The notes beneath the pieces are model-generated. The model had not been told where the DNA came from, did no database searches, and saw only the letters and a list, made by a program, of their open reading frames with translations. This document shows, one piece after another, positions 24,052 through 36,829 of a stretch of DNA of 64,000 nucleotides. The stretch covers positions 1,853,879 through 1,917,878 of the forward strand of contig MU057801.1 of NCBI GenBank assembly GCA_013265495.1, given 5' to 3'. A program made the translations under genes and the position numbers. This DNA is from Vicugna vicugna (taxonomy: Eukaryota). Every line of letters starts with the position of its first letter. Position 1 is the stretch's first letter.

Positions 24052-26676
24052 TCAGCAGTTAGCAGCGTTGCCTCTCATCCTCTTAAAGGCAAAGCTGGAA
24101 GCAGCAGAGCCCAGCCGTGGGGGTCCCCCCTTGGTTATACAGCTCGGTGGAGCACAGTGGGGGCCGCATCGTGGGACCCCGGAGCTGGTGGCTGGAGGCA
24201 TCCCCGTCACCCTTTTTTAACAGAGGTGACAGAGGACAGTGGACTGGTGCCTGCCCACCAGAGAGAGAGTCACCCGTCTCTTCCACAAGCCTGGCGGAGG
24301 AGTGAGCACTCCCCGAGAAGACTCACTTCTGCAGAGGAAACACTCAGCCCCTGCTGTCGGCACACAGCTCTGCAAACCTCAGGACGCTGCATTGGGACGT
24401 GTAATGACAACGTATGAACATCCCCAACCCCTGGCACTTGCCTATCCCCTAAGCCCCGCCTGCAGCCTCCCGGCCCCGCCCTCACACCCCCACCACAATC
24501 CACACGTCTGTTCCGAAGACAGACCCCGTGGGATCCCAGGACACATGAGCAGATGCATGGGGATGGGACGAAGAAACGAAAACGTATAAGCACGTTTCTC
24601 TCATCACCTTAAACATCAAATTTGTAGATGTTTTCTAATGGTCATGACACACTAATACACATGTGTATGGACGCAGCCTACATCCTCCGTGAACACATGC
24701 GCCTCCCCTGGGTCAGGGTGCACACTCTTGTCACCTGTAGGGCCCTTGGCCGAAAACCTTCTGAAGAGCTCCGCGTGGAAGACCTCGTCCAGACCCAAAC
24801 TGCCGTCACTCACTCTGCACGCTCACAAGCTGCACCACACTCACTCGGTGGTTCTCAAATCGGAACTCACCCGAGGGGCGAACCGCACCGCCACTCTGCA
24901 AAGTGGTACACGGCCAGCCTGACGGAGTCACAGCAGACTCCAGTCTGACTCTGTGTGCACCCTGGCTTCCCCCAGCCCTGCGCGGCCTGCACAGATCACA
25001 CCAGTGGGGATGAGGCCTGGATTTGGCTTTGATTCTGAGAAGGAGCACGTTTTGCCTTTAATCCATGACCTCATCTGGGAGTGAAGTCCAGGCTCTGAGC
25101 TGCAGCGGCCATGCAGGCAAAGGCCAGGACGCGCCCCGGGGCCCGGCTCAGGTCACGGCAAGTCTCCGCCTCGCGCTCCCGGGAAGTCCGGGCCCCTGAC
25201 GTGGCTACATACTCCTGAAATCATCTGTCCCCTTGGGGGCCTCTGTCTCTAGGGGCTCGCTCCAAGTCAGCTACATTTTTCCAGATCTCATTCCTGGAGT
25301 CTCATGTTCCCTTGGTCTGTGTCTACTTTTTAAACCCACTGGTGCAAAGCACTTGACAATGAATTAGATTTTGGTGGAGATTTGGGCATCTGACTGGGTG
25401 GGTGGGGGCAGCCACGGTCCAGTGACACTTCAGCCTCACCTCCTCCCACGTCACCGATTCTCAAGGTCCCGTCCCTCATGTGGTGGCCAGTCTTCTGCCA
25501 CCTCGTTTGTCTCCTTCTCTGTGTGTTGGCCTGGCCGTCTGTGTCCTCCTTGTCTGTTGTATAAAGAAAGCCATTAGCTCCCAGCCTGAGCTTGAGCTCA
25601 CCACCAAACCCGGCAGAACAGAGCCAGTAGCATCTCCATGTAGTCCAATGAGTCTAACAGGTGGTTGTGGGGTAAATCATGTCCTATTGTGTGCGTGTGC
25701 GACCAGGGAGTCACAGCGCCTGACCTGCCCAGAAAGACACCCCGCCCACTGCCCCGAGCCGAGCTGGCCCGTGCACGAGCCCCACGTGGGGACAGGCAGC
25801 AGCACCAGGAAGGCACCGACATTTGTGAGATCCCTTGTATTTGCTTGTTTAAAACCACCCACGCATGCTCTCCTGACCTGGGGTTGGAGCTGGACACGCT
25901 CGTGCTGTCACACGGGGCCTTGGAGCTGCAAACATCGCGTCCTGTGCTCCCAGGGCCACGGGAAGCCCGGTGGCGGCCACGGTGACAGAGTGCCCACCAG
26001 CAGGTGGGACAGGGTGGCCTCGGGGGCTCACCTCTGCCCAGTGGCTCCCTCCCCCTCCACCCTGCCCCAGCCCCCCCCCCACGGGGCTTCCTCAGCTGCC
26101 CTCGCCTTTACCGCTGACGCCAGCCTCCTCCTGTGCCCCCGACCCTGCCAGCCCCTCACAGCCCTGGGGCCACTTCCTCTGCTGACCCAGCGCACGACAG
26201 TTCGACACCTTCTCCGGGCGGCCAGCAAGGAGCTACGTCAGGGGTGAGGGGTGCCTCTGGACCACACAGGCAGCCTCAGGCTCCTGTGGGCTGCCCGAAG
26301 GTCGAGACGCGTGGGGGGGTTTTAAATTCCACTTTTGTCTGTCCGTGTTTTCTATAAGAAACGTTTCTATAGGAACACTTCTTTTCTTGATCCAAAAGAA
26401 AGTGAGCCAGCAGGTTACCTTTAAATGAGCCGGCGCTCGGAGGCCGCAAGTGGGCGTTCTGAGGGCGGAGCCGGAGGCTGCTGCCCTGTCTCTCAGCCTG
26501 CGTGTGGTTTAGGGCTGAGCTGGTCGTGGGTGTTTGACAATCCAGACATTTTGACAAGTAGCTGACATGCCTGCTTCTCTTGAAAACTCCCGAGAGGTCT
26601 GGCGACACGGCCCAGGTACCCAAGCCCCAGTGGCTGGACCTCGGACCGCTGTCTAAGGTCACTAAATAAAGGTGTG

Positions 26677-27372
26677 GGTGCAGCCCTGATGGAGAACAGT
26701 ATGGAGGTTCCTTAAAACACTGAAGACGGACTCACCATGGGATCCAGCAATCCCACCCCGGCCTATATCTGGAGGAAACTCTAATTAGAAAAGATACGCG
26801 CACCCCAATGTTCACAGTGCTATTTACAGCAGCCAAGATGTGGAAGCAACCTGAATGTCCACCGACAGGTGAATGGGTAAAGACGTTGTGGAATATACAT
26901 ACAATGGAATACTACTCAGCCATAAAAAAGAATGAAATAACGCCATTTGCAGCAACATGGATGGACCTAGAGATGACCATTCTAAATGAAGTAGGTCAGA
27001 CAAATACCATGTGGTATGACTTATACATGGAATCTAAAAAAAATGATACACATGAACTTATTTACAAAACAGAAACAGACTCACAGACATAGAAAACAAA
27101 CCATGGTTACAAAAGGGGAAAGGACTGAGGGATAAATTAGGAGTGTGGGGTTAACATATACACACTACTCTGTATAAAGTAGGTAAACAACAAAGTCTTA
27201 CTGTCTAGCATGGGGGACTAGATTCAACAACTTGTAATAACTTATAATGAAAAAGAATCTGAAAAGGAATATATGTGTGTGTCTGTGTGTGTGTGTGTGT
27301 AACGGAATCACTGTGCTGCACACCTGAAACTAATACAATATTGAAAATCAACTCTACTTCAATTTAAAAAAA
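26677..27372 (+). mobile_element. 5'-truncated LINE-1 (ORF2 C-terminus remnant plus 3' UTR and A-tail), cetartiodactyl-type
   Basis: ORF 26808-27092 gives AKMWKQPECPPTGEWVKTLWNIHTMEYYSAIKKNEITPFAATWMDLEMTILNEV, the L1 ORF2p C-terminus. The 3' UTR carries a (TG)n tract at ~27273-27300 and ends in an A-tail. Confidence 0.95.
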
Positions 27373-28049
27373 ATAGATGTTGGGTGCCGATTTGGTTGTC
27401 CAGCTCCTTAGGACAGGGGACCTGTTGCCCGGCAGCCCTGCCCGCAGTGGGAGGTAAGGGAGAGGCAAGCGGTGGGCCTGGCGGGTACACCTGGTTTCGG
27501 TGGGCAGGAGGCCCTTGCAGGGAGCAGTCGCTGGGCCATGGGGAGGTAAGGAGATGCTCAGGGACTTAATCAGACCTCCTAGAAGAGGCAGCGTGGCCGG
27601 TGGGTGGGCCCGGCCGCTCCAGGAAGAACCCAAGGTCTCAGCGCTCATCACAGGCCGCCAAGCCCCCAGCCCTCGTCAGGCCTGTGGGGCCCCAGCCTGC
27701 ACCCAGGGGCTTCCTCAGGAGTAAATGAAACTTAAGCTGCTAACTGAACACAAGCACAGAGGCGTCGCAGGGAGCCCTTCACCGCGCCAGTCACTGCGGC
27801 CCCGGCTTTCTCGTCTGGACAGGTTACCGCGGGGAGGGAGCCCTGTGCACTCGGAGCAAAGGTCGGGAGAGAAAGAAAGAAAAAACATCACCTCAAAGAC
27901 AGAGAAGGAACTGAAATGAAGGGAGACAGTTCCCAATGGGAGGATAAACCCCAAATCAGGCCGAGGTTCCGTGGTGGACCCCACACGGGCTCTCCTTTCA
28001 GTCTGATGTAACTGAACGCTCCACCGCACGGAGCCCGCCTGCACCACAC

Positions 28050-28400
28050 TGTCCATCCGTTCATTCAACGGTGTGTCCCAAGGACGGGGGATGCAATGTG
28101 ACTGAGGCCCCGGGTACATGAAAGAGACAGAAGATAAGTGGGTGAACGCTCAGATGCATTAGGTTAGAGCTGCTGGGAGACAGCGGAACTCAGCGAGAGG
28201 ACGGAGGTGCTTTCAGGTCAGCAGGTCAGGAGAGTCTCTCCGAGCAGCAGACCCTGCTGCCGAGACCTGGACGCAGGAGCATCACAGAACGCTCCAGGGC
28301 AGGATGTTCCCACGGGAGGAAGGGCAGGTGCAAAGGCCCTGTGGTGGACCTCCACTTGGCACATCTGAGGGATAGGGAGGAGGCCAGTGGCTGACCTGCA
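28050..28400 (-). mobile_element. L2 LINE 3' fragment
   Basis: ccatccgttcattcaac tail, ggtcaggagagtctctccgag, gagacctgga, and tgttcccacgggaggaagggcaggtgcaaaggccctgtggtgg...gaggaggccagtggctg are typical antisense L2 motifs. Confidence 0.75.
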
Positions 28401-31193
28401 CATGGGGTCCTCTCCATGGAAACCCATGAGTGGGAGGCCCCGGGGTCAGGATGCCAACCCTCACCTGGAGCCAGGGTGAGGCTTTGCTCTAGACCCAAAC
28501 ACGGCCAAGTACCTGTTGCTCCTGAAAACCCCATCAACTTTTCCATGGATTTGCTCGACACAGATACATGTAAACCCTGAGGCAGGTGCAAATGCACTGA
28601 CGGGGATGCAAAAGGAATTCTGGACTGAGTCCCCACCCAGAGCCAGGCACAGAGCGGCGGGGAGGCGTGGGCAGCAACTCCGTCTCCAGGAAGCCTGTCA
28701 GGTGGGCTCTGCTCCCCCAGCCAGGTGTCCCCCAGCTGCGCTGTCCTCACCCTGGCTCACCCTCGAGCCCCTCAAGCTCGCGGCTCTGGCTGCTCCCTCT
28801 GCCAGAGCCAGCTTGTGGTACGTGTCCCCGGAGCCCTGCCAGGAGAGGCCCACGTGTCCTGGGCCAGCCCGGCCAGTGCTCGTGTGACATCCTCCGACTG
28901 CAGCAACCTGCAAGACGCAGCCTCCAGAGCTCGGGCTGAGCCACAGGGCGGGCCTGCTTTCCAGGAGTCAGGTCCTGGGAGAAGAGCTCAGTGGTGATGG
29001 ACACAGCCCCCACACCCGTCCCCCAGCCGGGGCAGCGTGGGGGCGCTCCACACACTCTCCCAGGGCACCCCCACCAGCAGGATGGAGCCCAGCCACCCGC
29101 AGCCATCGCCACTGGTGTAGACAAACCCTCTGCTGGCCGCCGTCCCCATCCCTTCCTGGTCTCACCCCCTGGCTCCCCCTGGGGCTTCCCAGGACCACTT
29201 CCCGAAATGTCTGGTCCTCACGGCCTTGCTTCAGTAGCTGCCTGTGGGGCGCTCCGCCCAGCAGTGTCTGAAGTGCTGACTGAGGTCATTCTCAGGACTC
29301 TCCCTGGAAGGTCCCTCTCCCCGAATCTCTCCTTCATCTCCTGCCCCCCACCCCTCCCACAGCGATGCAGGTTTGGGTCAGGAGTCTTTTCAACAGCCTC
29401 TCTTAACCCTTAAAAGATGCTCGCTGTGGCTCATTAAATTGAAACACTGGATCTCTAGATAACCAGCAAATGCAAGACGCGCACCTGCAAATGCCCTGCG
29501 TCCCCGAGGCCCCTGCGGGCGCCCCGCCCCGCCCGTCTGCTCTGGCCTCGCCTGCAGATCGAGACTGTCCCTCCCTGCAGGACACATTGATTAGTACTCT
29601 CTGGGGACAGATCTGTTGACAACCTGGCTCTTCTCAGAAAAGCGCAGCAAAAACAGCTTTTCGAATTCAGGCTAGCCTTCGTTGCTCAATATTAGCTGTT
29701 TTTCCTGGAAATGTCTTTTGGGGAGGGATGTTAATTGCCAGTAGGGATCAGTTCCGCAACAACAAGGACACGCTGGACAGCAAACTCCAACTTTGAGGGT
29801 CAAGCCTCGTGTTTCAGCGTTTGGCGAGGAAATAGCTCCCTTTCCCTCGGGGACCTCTGCGGGCAGAGTGACGGCCTCAGGTTGACAGAATCCAGGCAAA
29901 GAGCGCTAAGTCACCTCTGTACCATCCAAGGACAGAAGTACTTGAAACAGATCTTCGCTGGTTTGAACTTGAAGTTACTTCGCCTGCAGATAAGTCAGAC
30001 TAATTTCTTGGCCTGAACCCAAAGTAAGCAGACTTGTGCTCGCTGCATTTTAGGGTAGATGTGCCTCTCACAAATCAGCGTGAGCTCAGTGGTGGCCGAG
30101 AGCCGGCAAGCCACTCAGAGACGCGTTAGTCGTTTTCAGAAGCTGTCTCTCCCAGGAGGCCCACCTACCGAGCTGGGCAAGCCTGTTCCCCAGGAACTAA
30201 CCCCCTGTGAGCAGAGAGATCTCTTTCCTGGAAACAAACCAGAACAAGGAAAAATATTCTGCAATGAAAATCTGAGGTAGAGTTGCTGGGATCTTTGGAA
30301 AAAGACGCCGTGATCGCCATGTTGCTCAAGAGCATTGGACAGAGGCTCTGCTAAATGCTGGAGGGGGTCGGACCTGCTGGGCGGGGAAGAGATCCGGAAA
30401 GCCACTTGGGAAGTCCTCCTGCTGAGCAGTGACTTTGTGCGGGCTTCCCAGGTGGGCGAAGAGGGGCGGCCAAGCCAACAGGAGCCTGAGAGCGCCCAGG
30501 GCGGCTGGCCGTCCGGAACAGGGCTGCAGGAAAGGGGCCCCAGGGTCTGAGGCAGGTGCATGGCCACTCGGGAGTGTCCGTTCCTCGGGTTTCACGCTGC
30601 TGCTTCAGACAAATCTCTAAAGCCAGGTTGGGAACTGACACACAGCCCTGCGGGCACACACGTCTACACAGTCACAAAGGTCGGGACACAGTCGTCCAAA
30701 GACAGGAGGGGGAGAAGGTGAAGGCTGGGAGAGGAATATAGGCCACGTCTGCCATTGTGTGAAGCGGGGACCAGGCACAGGCTGGAGGCAGCAGTAACAG
30801 CCCCGGGCAGGTGCGCAGGGAACAGCTGTCTCACACACAAAGAAAGCTCACGTGAAGGCCACTGTGTTTATTGTACAATTACACGTGCATTTATTGTCTT
30901 CTGGGCATCACTGACACGCCCCACCATTGCCCAGAGAACACTTTATTTTACAAAAGGAGGGGCTGGTTCCTCATTCTGTCCCTGCTGAGCAGAGCATCAG
31001 TAAACTCTCCCAGAATTAGGGAGACCGGCAGCGTCACTGGCTAGACGCCTGAAAGGCTTTGCCCCGGCGCTTTACAGACTATCGGGTAAATGAGGTGAGA
31101 GGCCAACGAAGCTTCGGGTATTTCCCAACTCATTCTATGTCTCGTTTTGGTCAGTAAACCCCTTAACAAAACTCAGGCGGGAAACTGGACCTC

Positions 31194-31340
31194 TTGGGGG
31201 TGATGGAAATGTTAGGTACCTTGGTTGTGGCGGTGGCTTCATGGGTGTACACAGCTATCAGAATTCACCAAATTGTACACCTGAAATATGTCTAGTTTAC
31301 AGTACTGAAACTATACCACAATAAAGATGTTCAGAAAACA
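31194..31340 (+). mobile_element. Old L1M (L1MC/MD/ME-like) extreme 3' end
   Basis: ttgggggtgatggaaatgttaggtaccttggttgtggcggtggcttcatgggtgtacac...caaattgtacacctgaaatatgt...tataccacaataaag. Confidence 0.8.
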
Positions 31341-31489
31341 TTCAGGCTCGGTGTGGCAGAGGCAGAGACCGAGCAAGGCAGCGGTGGAGAAGACCTCACA
31401 TTACCTGGTACCAGACCGACTAAGCCCGCACCTTAAACACAGTCGCAAAGGGATGACCCACCCCCACGCCATTTTTCACTTAATGAGGA

Positions 31490-32180
31490 AACTGTATAAG
31501 CCTACAAGTATGCCGAGTTTCCTGGAAGTCATATTGCGATTACTTCTATGAAACCACATTTTACTGGGCTTCGGTGTGGCATCAAAAAAGAACATCCACA
31601 ATGATCTGAAAGGGCCATTAGAACCCCCCTTTCTTCCCAACAACTTCTTCGTCACACACTTTTCTTAACACACTTCAACCCAAATAACACAAAACGGCAA
31701 ACTGAATGTAGAAGATATGAGAACCTATGTGTCTTTATTAAGCTAGACATTAAGGAGATCTCCGAAAATGTAAAAAACAAAACAAACAAACAAAAAACTA
31801 CTCTTCTTAAATGTTTTTGTTTAGGAAAATAAGTCATTTTTTTTTTGGTGGGGGGAGGTATTTAGGTTTATTCATTGCTTTATTCTTAGAGGAGATACTG
31901 GGGATTGAACCCAGGACCTCATGCATGCTAAGCATGCACTCTACCACTTAAGCTATATCCTCCCCCCCAGTCATTTTTGTAAAAAAAAAAAATGTTATTT
32001 GTGTTAACATCTAATAGTTTATTATTATTTCAAGATGAATTAATAAATAGTTTTATAGTTTCTGTTTCAAGCTAAATCTCACCTTCAGGTGTAACCCACA
32101 TAAATAAAGGCTCTTTGGAGTCTTCAATAATCCTTAAGATGTAAAGTGTCTCTGAGATCAAAAGAGTTTGAGAACAGCTG
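31490..32180 (+). mobile_element. Charlie1-type hAT DNA transposon 3' part (transposase C-terminal remnant and terminus), interrupted by a SINE
   Basis: ggtgtggcatcaaaaaagaacatccacaatgatctgaaagggccatta...tgaatgtagaagatatgagaacc...attaagctagacattaaggagat...taacccacataaataaaggctctttggagtcttcaataat...agtttgagaacagctg (Charlie-type end). Confidence 0.85.
31842..31968 (-). mobile_element. tRNA-derived SINE (camelid Vic-1-like) with 10-bp TSD
   Basis: Reverse complement reads gggggggaggatatagcttaagtggtagagtgcatgcttagcatgcatgaggtcctgggttcaatcccc...A-tail, with Pol III A and B boxes. TSD agtcattttt at 31832-31841 and 31969-31978. Confidence 0.92.
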
Positions 32181-33783
32181 ATATCTAAGTTCTCACCCAG
32201 CTTAGCGTTATAACAGGAGATGGAACCTTTGGTCTGTTTGTTAGTTCCCGTCAGAGAAAGGTCAGGATCTTGAAGGAATCTTTAAGGAGTCCTGGCAGGG
32301 TTCCCACACCAGCCTGTCAGTCGAGTTCCAAGCTTAGTACCTTGACTGAAAGCTCTTTCATGGGCTCAGCCAGGTCTGTACCACGAGGCAAAGGCTTAGT
32401 CTTCCTAACGCTTCTCCTAAGCAGCCTTCACCCTTTAAGGAAGGATTAGGTGATTGTATTAAGTATCAAGACCACACTTCCTGTGAGGTCCAGCCCTGCA
32501 CACAGGACTTCTCTAGCACCACATTCAGATAAGGGCTGCCCCAGGGAGCAGCCACAAAGCAAGTCACAGTGCCCAGCCCCACTCTGCAGGAACCAATAAA
32601 GAAAAAACATGGCAGGATTTGCCTCTTAGAAGCTCTGCATCTCTCTGGATTCCTTGGGGTGGGTGACTTGGAGCTGGAAGGTGTGGGGGCAGGATGCCCA
32701 TGCTCCCCACCATCAGGCCCCATGGGGAGGACCAGTCCGTCCATTTGCTCAGCTACAAAAAGCAGAGCGACCCCAACACTGACTCCCCATGGATTCTCAA
32801 AGCATCAGAAGATCAGGCCCCTCAACCCATCAGGCGTCTCCTAGTTGCCGCTGCTTCCCGGAATACGAGAACGCTTCCCGTGTATCATTTGTATGATTTC
32901 CAACATCTGATGTGGGTAAGTTGAGAGGTTCCCAATTGCAGAAGAGATGCCCAAGCTTAGAAATCCCAGAGCAGTTCATAACCCCAACCTGAGAAGGCAG
33001 TGTTGTCGCCAGTGGCCGTTGGAGTTGCTGACTTGACCGAGACCAAGCGTTCTCTTCCTCAGCTTGGTAAAGTCGAGAGGCTGCTTCGCTCAGGCAGTGT
33101 CACTTCAGAACACCCACCTGGGAAACCCTTGGAAGAGATGCTGGACAATGACACGCCCTTCTCCCAGAGTTCCTGCAGAAAACCTCCCAGCCCTTTTAGC
33201 ACCAGATAATAAGCAACACCTTTACAGCACGTCGCGGCTTTGATTCTCACGCCAAGTCTGCTCCCTTCTGGCTCCATGACGCTTCATTACGTTTCAGGTG
33301 TGCATGTTTATAAAACACTTACGTGTAAGACGATCTGGGTGATTTGCTGATTTTAAAGAAACAAAGCAAAACTTCAAAAAAGATTTCTGTTCCTCAAGAG
33401 GAGACGGGGCCAATTTGTTCCATTTTATCTCTTGGGGTCACCTCAGTGCTTCACTCACCAGAACTTTTCTCTGTTTTAATGTAATTTAATTTAATTGACT
33501 TAATTTAGTCATGCATTTATTTATCTATTTCAACAAAATTCAAAGAATCTTCTAAGTAAGGGGGATGAAGAATTTGAAATAAATATTTCAAAATGAAAGT
33601 CATGGAAAATACGACAGAAAAAGTCACAGTCACTTAATAAATAAAAAAGGATGGCCTGTGAAGCGGCTAGTTTTGTCTTTTTTTTTTTTGCATTTACCTT
33701 TTATGGATGATGTCTCAAAAATATTCAGTAGCTTATCCAAAGGCAAATTTGTTTTTCCAAGAATGTATACATATAGTCCAAGA

Positions 33784-33812
<29 letters not shown>
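33784..33812. repeat. (AC)n microsatellite, ~14 units
   Basis: Perfect AC run read directly. Confidence 0.97.
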
Positions 33813-33814
<2 letters not shown>

Positions 33815-35129
33815 CTTGAAAAACGTGTCCGGCTAGAGCTGGTCCCAGACAGGTATTTGATAAATATTCGTTTCTGCCTCTTTGTCTGAATTCAGATCCT
33901 GATCATCTTCCACCAAATTTCCTTTTTATTACTGTCCTCGGTTGCCACATAGAATTGAACATTTATGGTGAACAGATGTGCTGACGTGGCTGCAGAGGAT
34001 AAAGGCGCTGACCACGTCTGGCTGCGTGTGAGCACAGCTGGCGGCGAGGGCAGCTCCCGGGGCTTGTGGGTCGGGGGCGCACCTGCCGAAGGCGGTGGGG
34101 GGCGGTGTGTTTCCATACGGGGAGCTGCCATAAATCAGAAGGAGATAAAAGCATTTAAAAGCAACAAAACAGGCAACGTTTGTGAGTAACTGAGCCCCGC
34201 TTCAGGAAAAAAGCTATGTCCACCCCTGTCTTTCGGCCGTCGCCCTCTGTTTGGTTAAGCTATGCAAACACCAGGACTCCGACCCGAAAAGCGACTTTCT
34301 TCGGGGTATTGTACATAAATGTCTTTAATCTTTTGAGTCAGGAATTTATTGGTTGAGTCTTCTTGGATAAAGTCAGTGAAGCTCTGAAATAGGTTTTCCT
34401 CTGAGAAGAAAGAAAGAGGGAGGAGGCAGAGAAGGGTCAGGGAGGCTCAAACCAGAGCACCCCCACCCCCACCCCAAAAAGTGTTTTCCTGGTGCAAGAG
34501 AGTAGGAGTGTCCAGCTGACCCTCGGCCAGCTGAACTCTGGGCCCCTTGGGGTAAAGGGACTGGGGGGGAGTGACCGATTGGAAATGGTTTTCTTGGGAT
34601 TTTGACCCCACCGACAAGCAACGCAAACGCACAGCCTGTAGTTAGCCCCACGTTTGTGCTCCCCACTGGCTCTGCCCCCGCTTTCCTCACCCTTCCTATG
34701 ATGCTCTGGTCAAGGCATCACAGCCTGGCCGCTGCCCCATGGTCAGCCCACGACCCCGGCTTCCGCCGACTGCCCTCCCACGCGTGGGCTGCTGAGGACG
34801 GCGAGGGGAGCTCCATGAGCTGGTTGGGAGACCCAGAGAGTGCGTCAGAGAGGAGCCTGCTGCTTCTGCTTCATTTCCGAGCCTTCTGATGCTTCTGTAT
34901 TCCCAGCCCCGTGCAAAGATCTCACATGGACTTAATGTTCGCAGAAAGCAGTTGGACCCCAGTGGATTTGCTTGTGTTAACAGTGAGGGTGAAATCTGAA
35001 TGAAGTTGAATGAAATTTTAATACATGAAAAGGTCTTACTCTCAACATCTCGGAATGAGCATGTTCCCCGGGAATTTTCCAGGGATGACTCCCTGTGGGA
35101 TGTAAACGCGAGGAGTGTTGGAAGTCGGG

Positions 35130-35534
35130 TGTGTGGGCTTTCAAGAGCTGCTGAACAAGCGCCACAGACCGAGCGGCTCAAACAAGAGACACGGCACACC
35201 TCGCAGTTCTGGTGGCCAGAAGTCTGGGGTCAGGCGTGGGCAGGGCAGCTCTTGAAGAGGCTGTGAGGAGGGGTCTGCTCTGGGCCTCCCTCCAGGCGGT
35301 GGTGTTTGCCGGCATCTTTGGCTTCCTTGGCTGGTAGACGCGTCACCCCCATCTTCGCCTCCGTGTTCTCCCTCCTGTCTTGTTGGACTTGGGCCCATCC
35401 TGCTCCACTGTGACCGCCTGTTAACCAAACGCATCCACAGTGACCCTGTTTCCACAAAGGAGGTCCCGTTCTGAGGGCCGGGGGTTAGGACGTCAACATG
35501 TGAACTGGGTGGGGACCCGGTTCAACCCTCCAGC
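35130..35534 (-). mobile_element. MaLR solo LTR (MLT1B/C-like)
   Basis: ctcgcagttctggtggccagaagtctggggtcaggcgtgggcaggg...tttgccggcatctttggcttccttggctggtagacgcgtcacccc...gaccctgtttccacaaaggaggtcccgttctgagggccgggggttaggacgtcaacatgtgaa; about 400 bp, a typical LTR length. Confidence 0.85.
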
Positions 35535-36499
35535 CCGCGACACGTGCTGGTGGGTCAGTGAGTGTGCAGCTCGAGCCCCTTACCAGACAGTCCACTGCAG
35601 AGACGATCTACCAGGTGGAAGGACCCCACAGCAGCGGGCGCCCCAGGCCGCGGAGGAGGGAGAGCGCGCCGGCCGTTAACTCCCCGGGGGTGAGGCCGCA
35701 TGACCTGAGGGACGGCGCACCCGTGGGCCGCACCCCAGCTTCACAGCCGCCAGGTGGGGCGTCTGTGGGGTTGTGACAATAGGCCCTCCGATGGCCTCAC
35801 GGGACAAGAGGGGTTTGGGGCTGCGGGGACAGGCCGGGGCCAGCGTTTCAGCGGGCAGGTCCTGGAGCTGAGGCCGCACGTGAATAACGGACCATCAGGG
35901 ATGTTTATGTGGCAAACGCCCCGTTTCTGCACATAAGCCAGGTCCACGTGGTCGCCTCATCGGGAATTCCGCACACAGCTCAACGCGCTCACAAATTCAC
36001 GACTCCGAATTAATTGGTTTTTAGGCCACGCATTTAGGTCAGATCACTCAGACACTCCATCTCATGTGGTGAAAAGAAATTAAGTCAATTTCCCCCCCCA
36101 GCCCCGCCAGACCCCCATGCTCATCGCGCAGGCCTGGCGCGCCGGCCCCGCAGGCCCGGGAGGAAGCCAACCTTTAAAGGCATTCTCATTATCTCTCCGG
36201 GAGATGTCATTAAGTACTGTAAACATGTCCTGAATGAGTCCATGTCACTGAGACTGCCAAGTGTTTATAGAAAAAAGCCTAGAAGCGCCCAGTGAGGTAA
36301 AACGGGGGGGGGGGAGGGTTTTTTTCAGGGAGGGAAAGGAAAGGACTTCTCGACCAATGAGTCAGGCGAACGACGAGGATTAAAACGTGAACCTGCCCTG
36401 AGGAGCTCTGCCCTCAGAGGAGAGCGGGCGGCACCCACCTGGCCTCAGGGCCGCCTCCCTGCTCCCAGGCTCCCTGCAGACATTGCCAGTCGCACCCCC

Positions 36500-36650
36500 T
36501 GCCCTCTGGAGCCACACCTGGCAGACATCGCTAATCAGCCACATCCATCCTGCCATCAGAATCCACACCTGGCAGACATCAATAATCAACCACACCCTCC
36601 TTGCCCTCTGGAGCCACACCTGGCAGACATCGCTAATTGGTCACGTGCAT
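36500..36650. repeat. 51-bp period minisatellite, 3 copies plus a degenerate upstream partial copy
   Basis: Units start at 36500, 36551 and 36602 and share the core ccacacctggcagacatc. Units 1 and 3 share tgccctctggagccacacctggcagacatcgctaat. Confidence 0.9.
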
Positions 36651-36829
36651 TTTTTGCCTCCAGCTTTCATGAGTCACAATCGACACATGACAGTCTGTAA
36701 GATTAAGGTGTACATTCACTCATAAACTGTTAACTAATTCCCACCGCAGTAGCAGGCGCCACCTCCATCCCGTCACGTGGCTGCCGCTCCTTCTTTGCAT
36801 AAGAGCGTTTAACACCTACTGTCTCAGTG

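Noticed and set aside
36500..36650. Regularly spaced 18-bp cores resembling CRISPR repeats
   Set aside because: The intervening sequences are homologous to each other, so this is a 51-bp tandem repeat.
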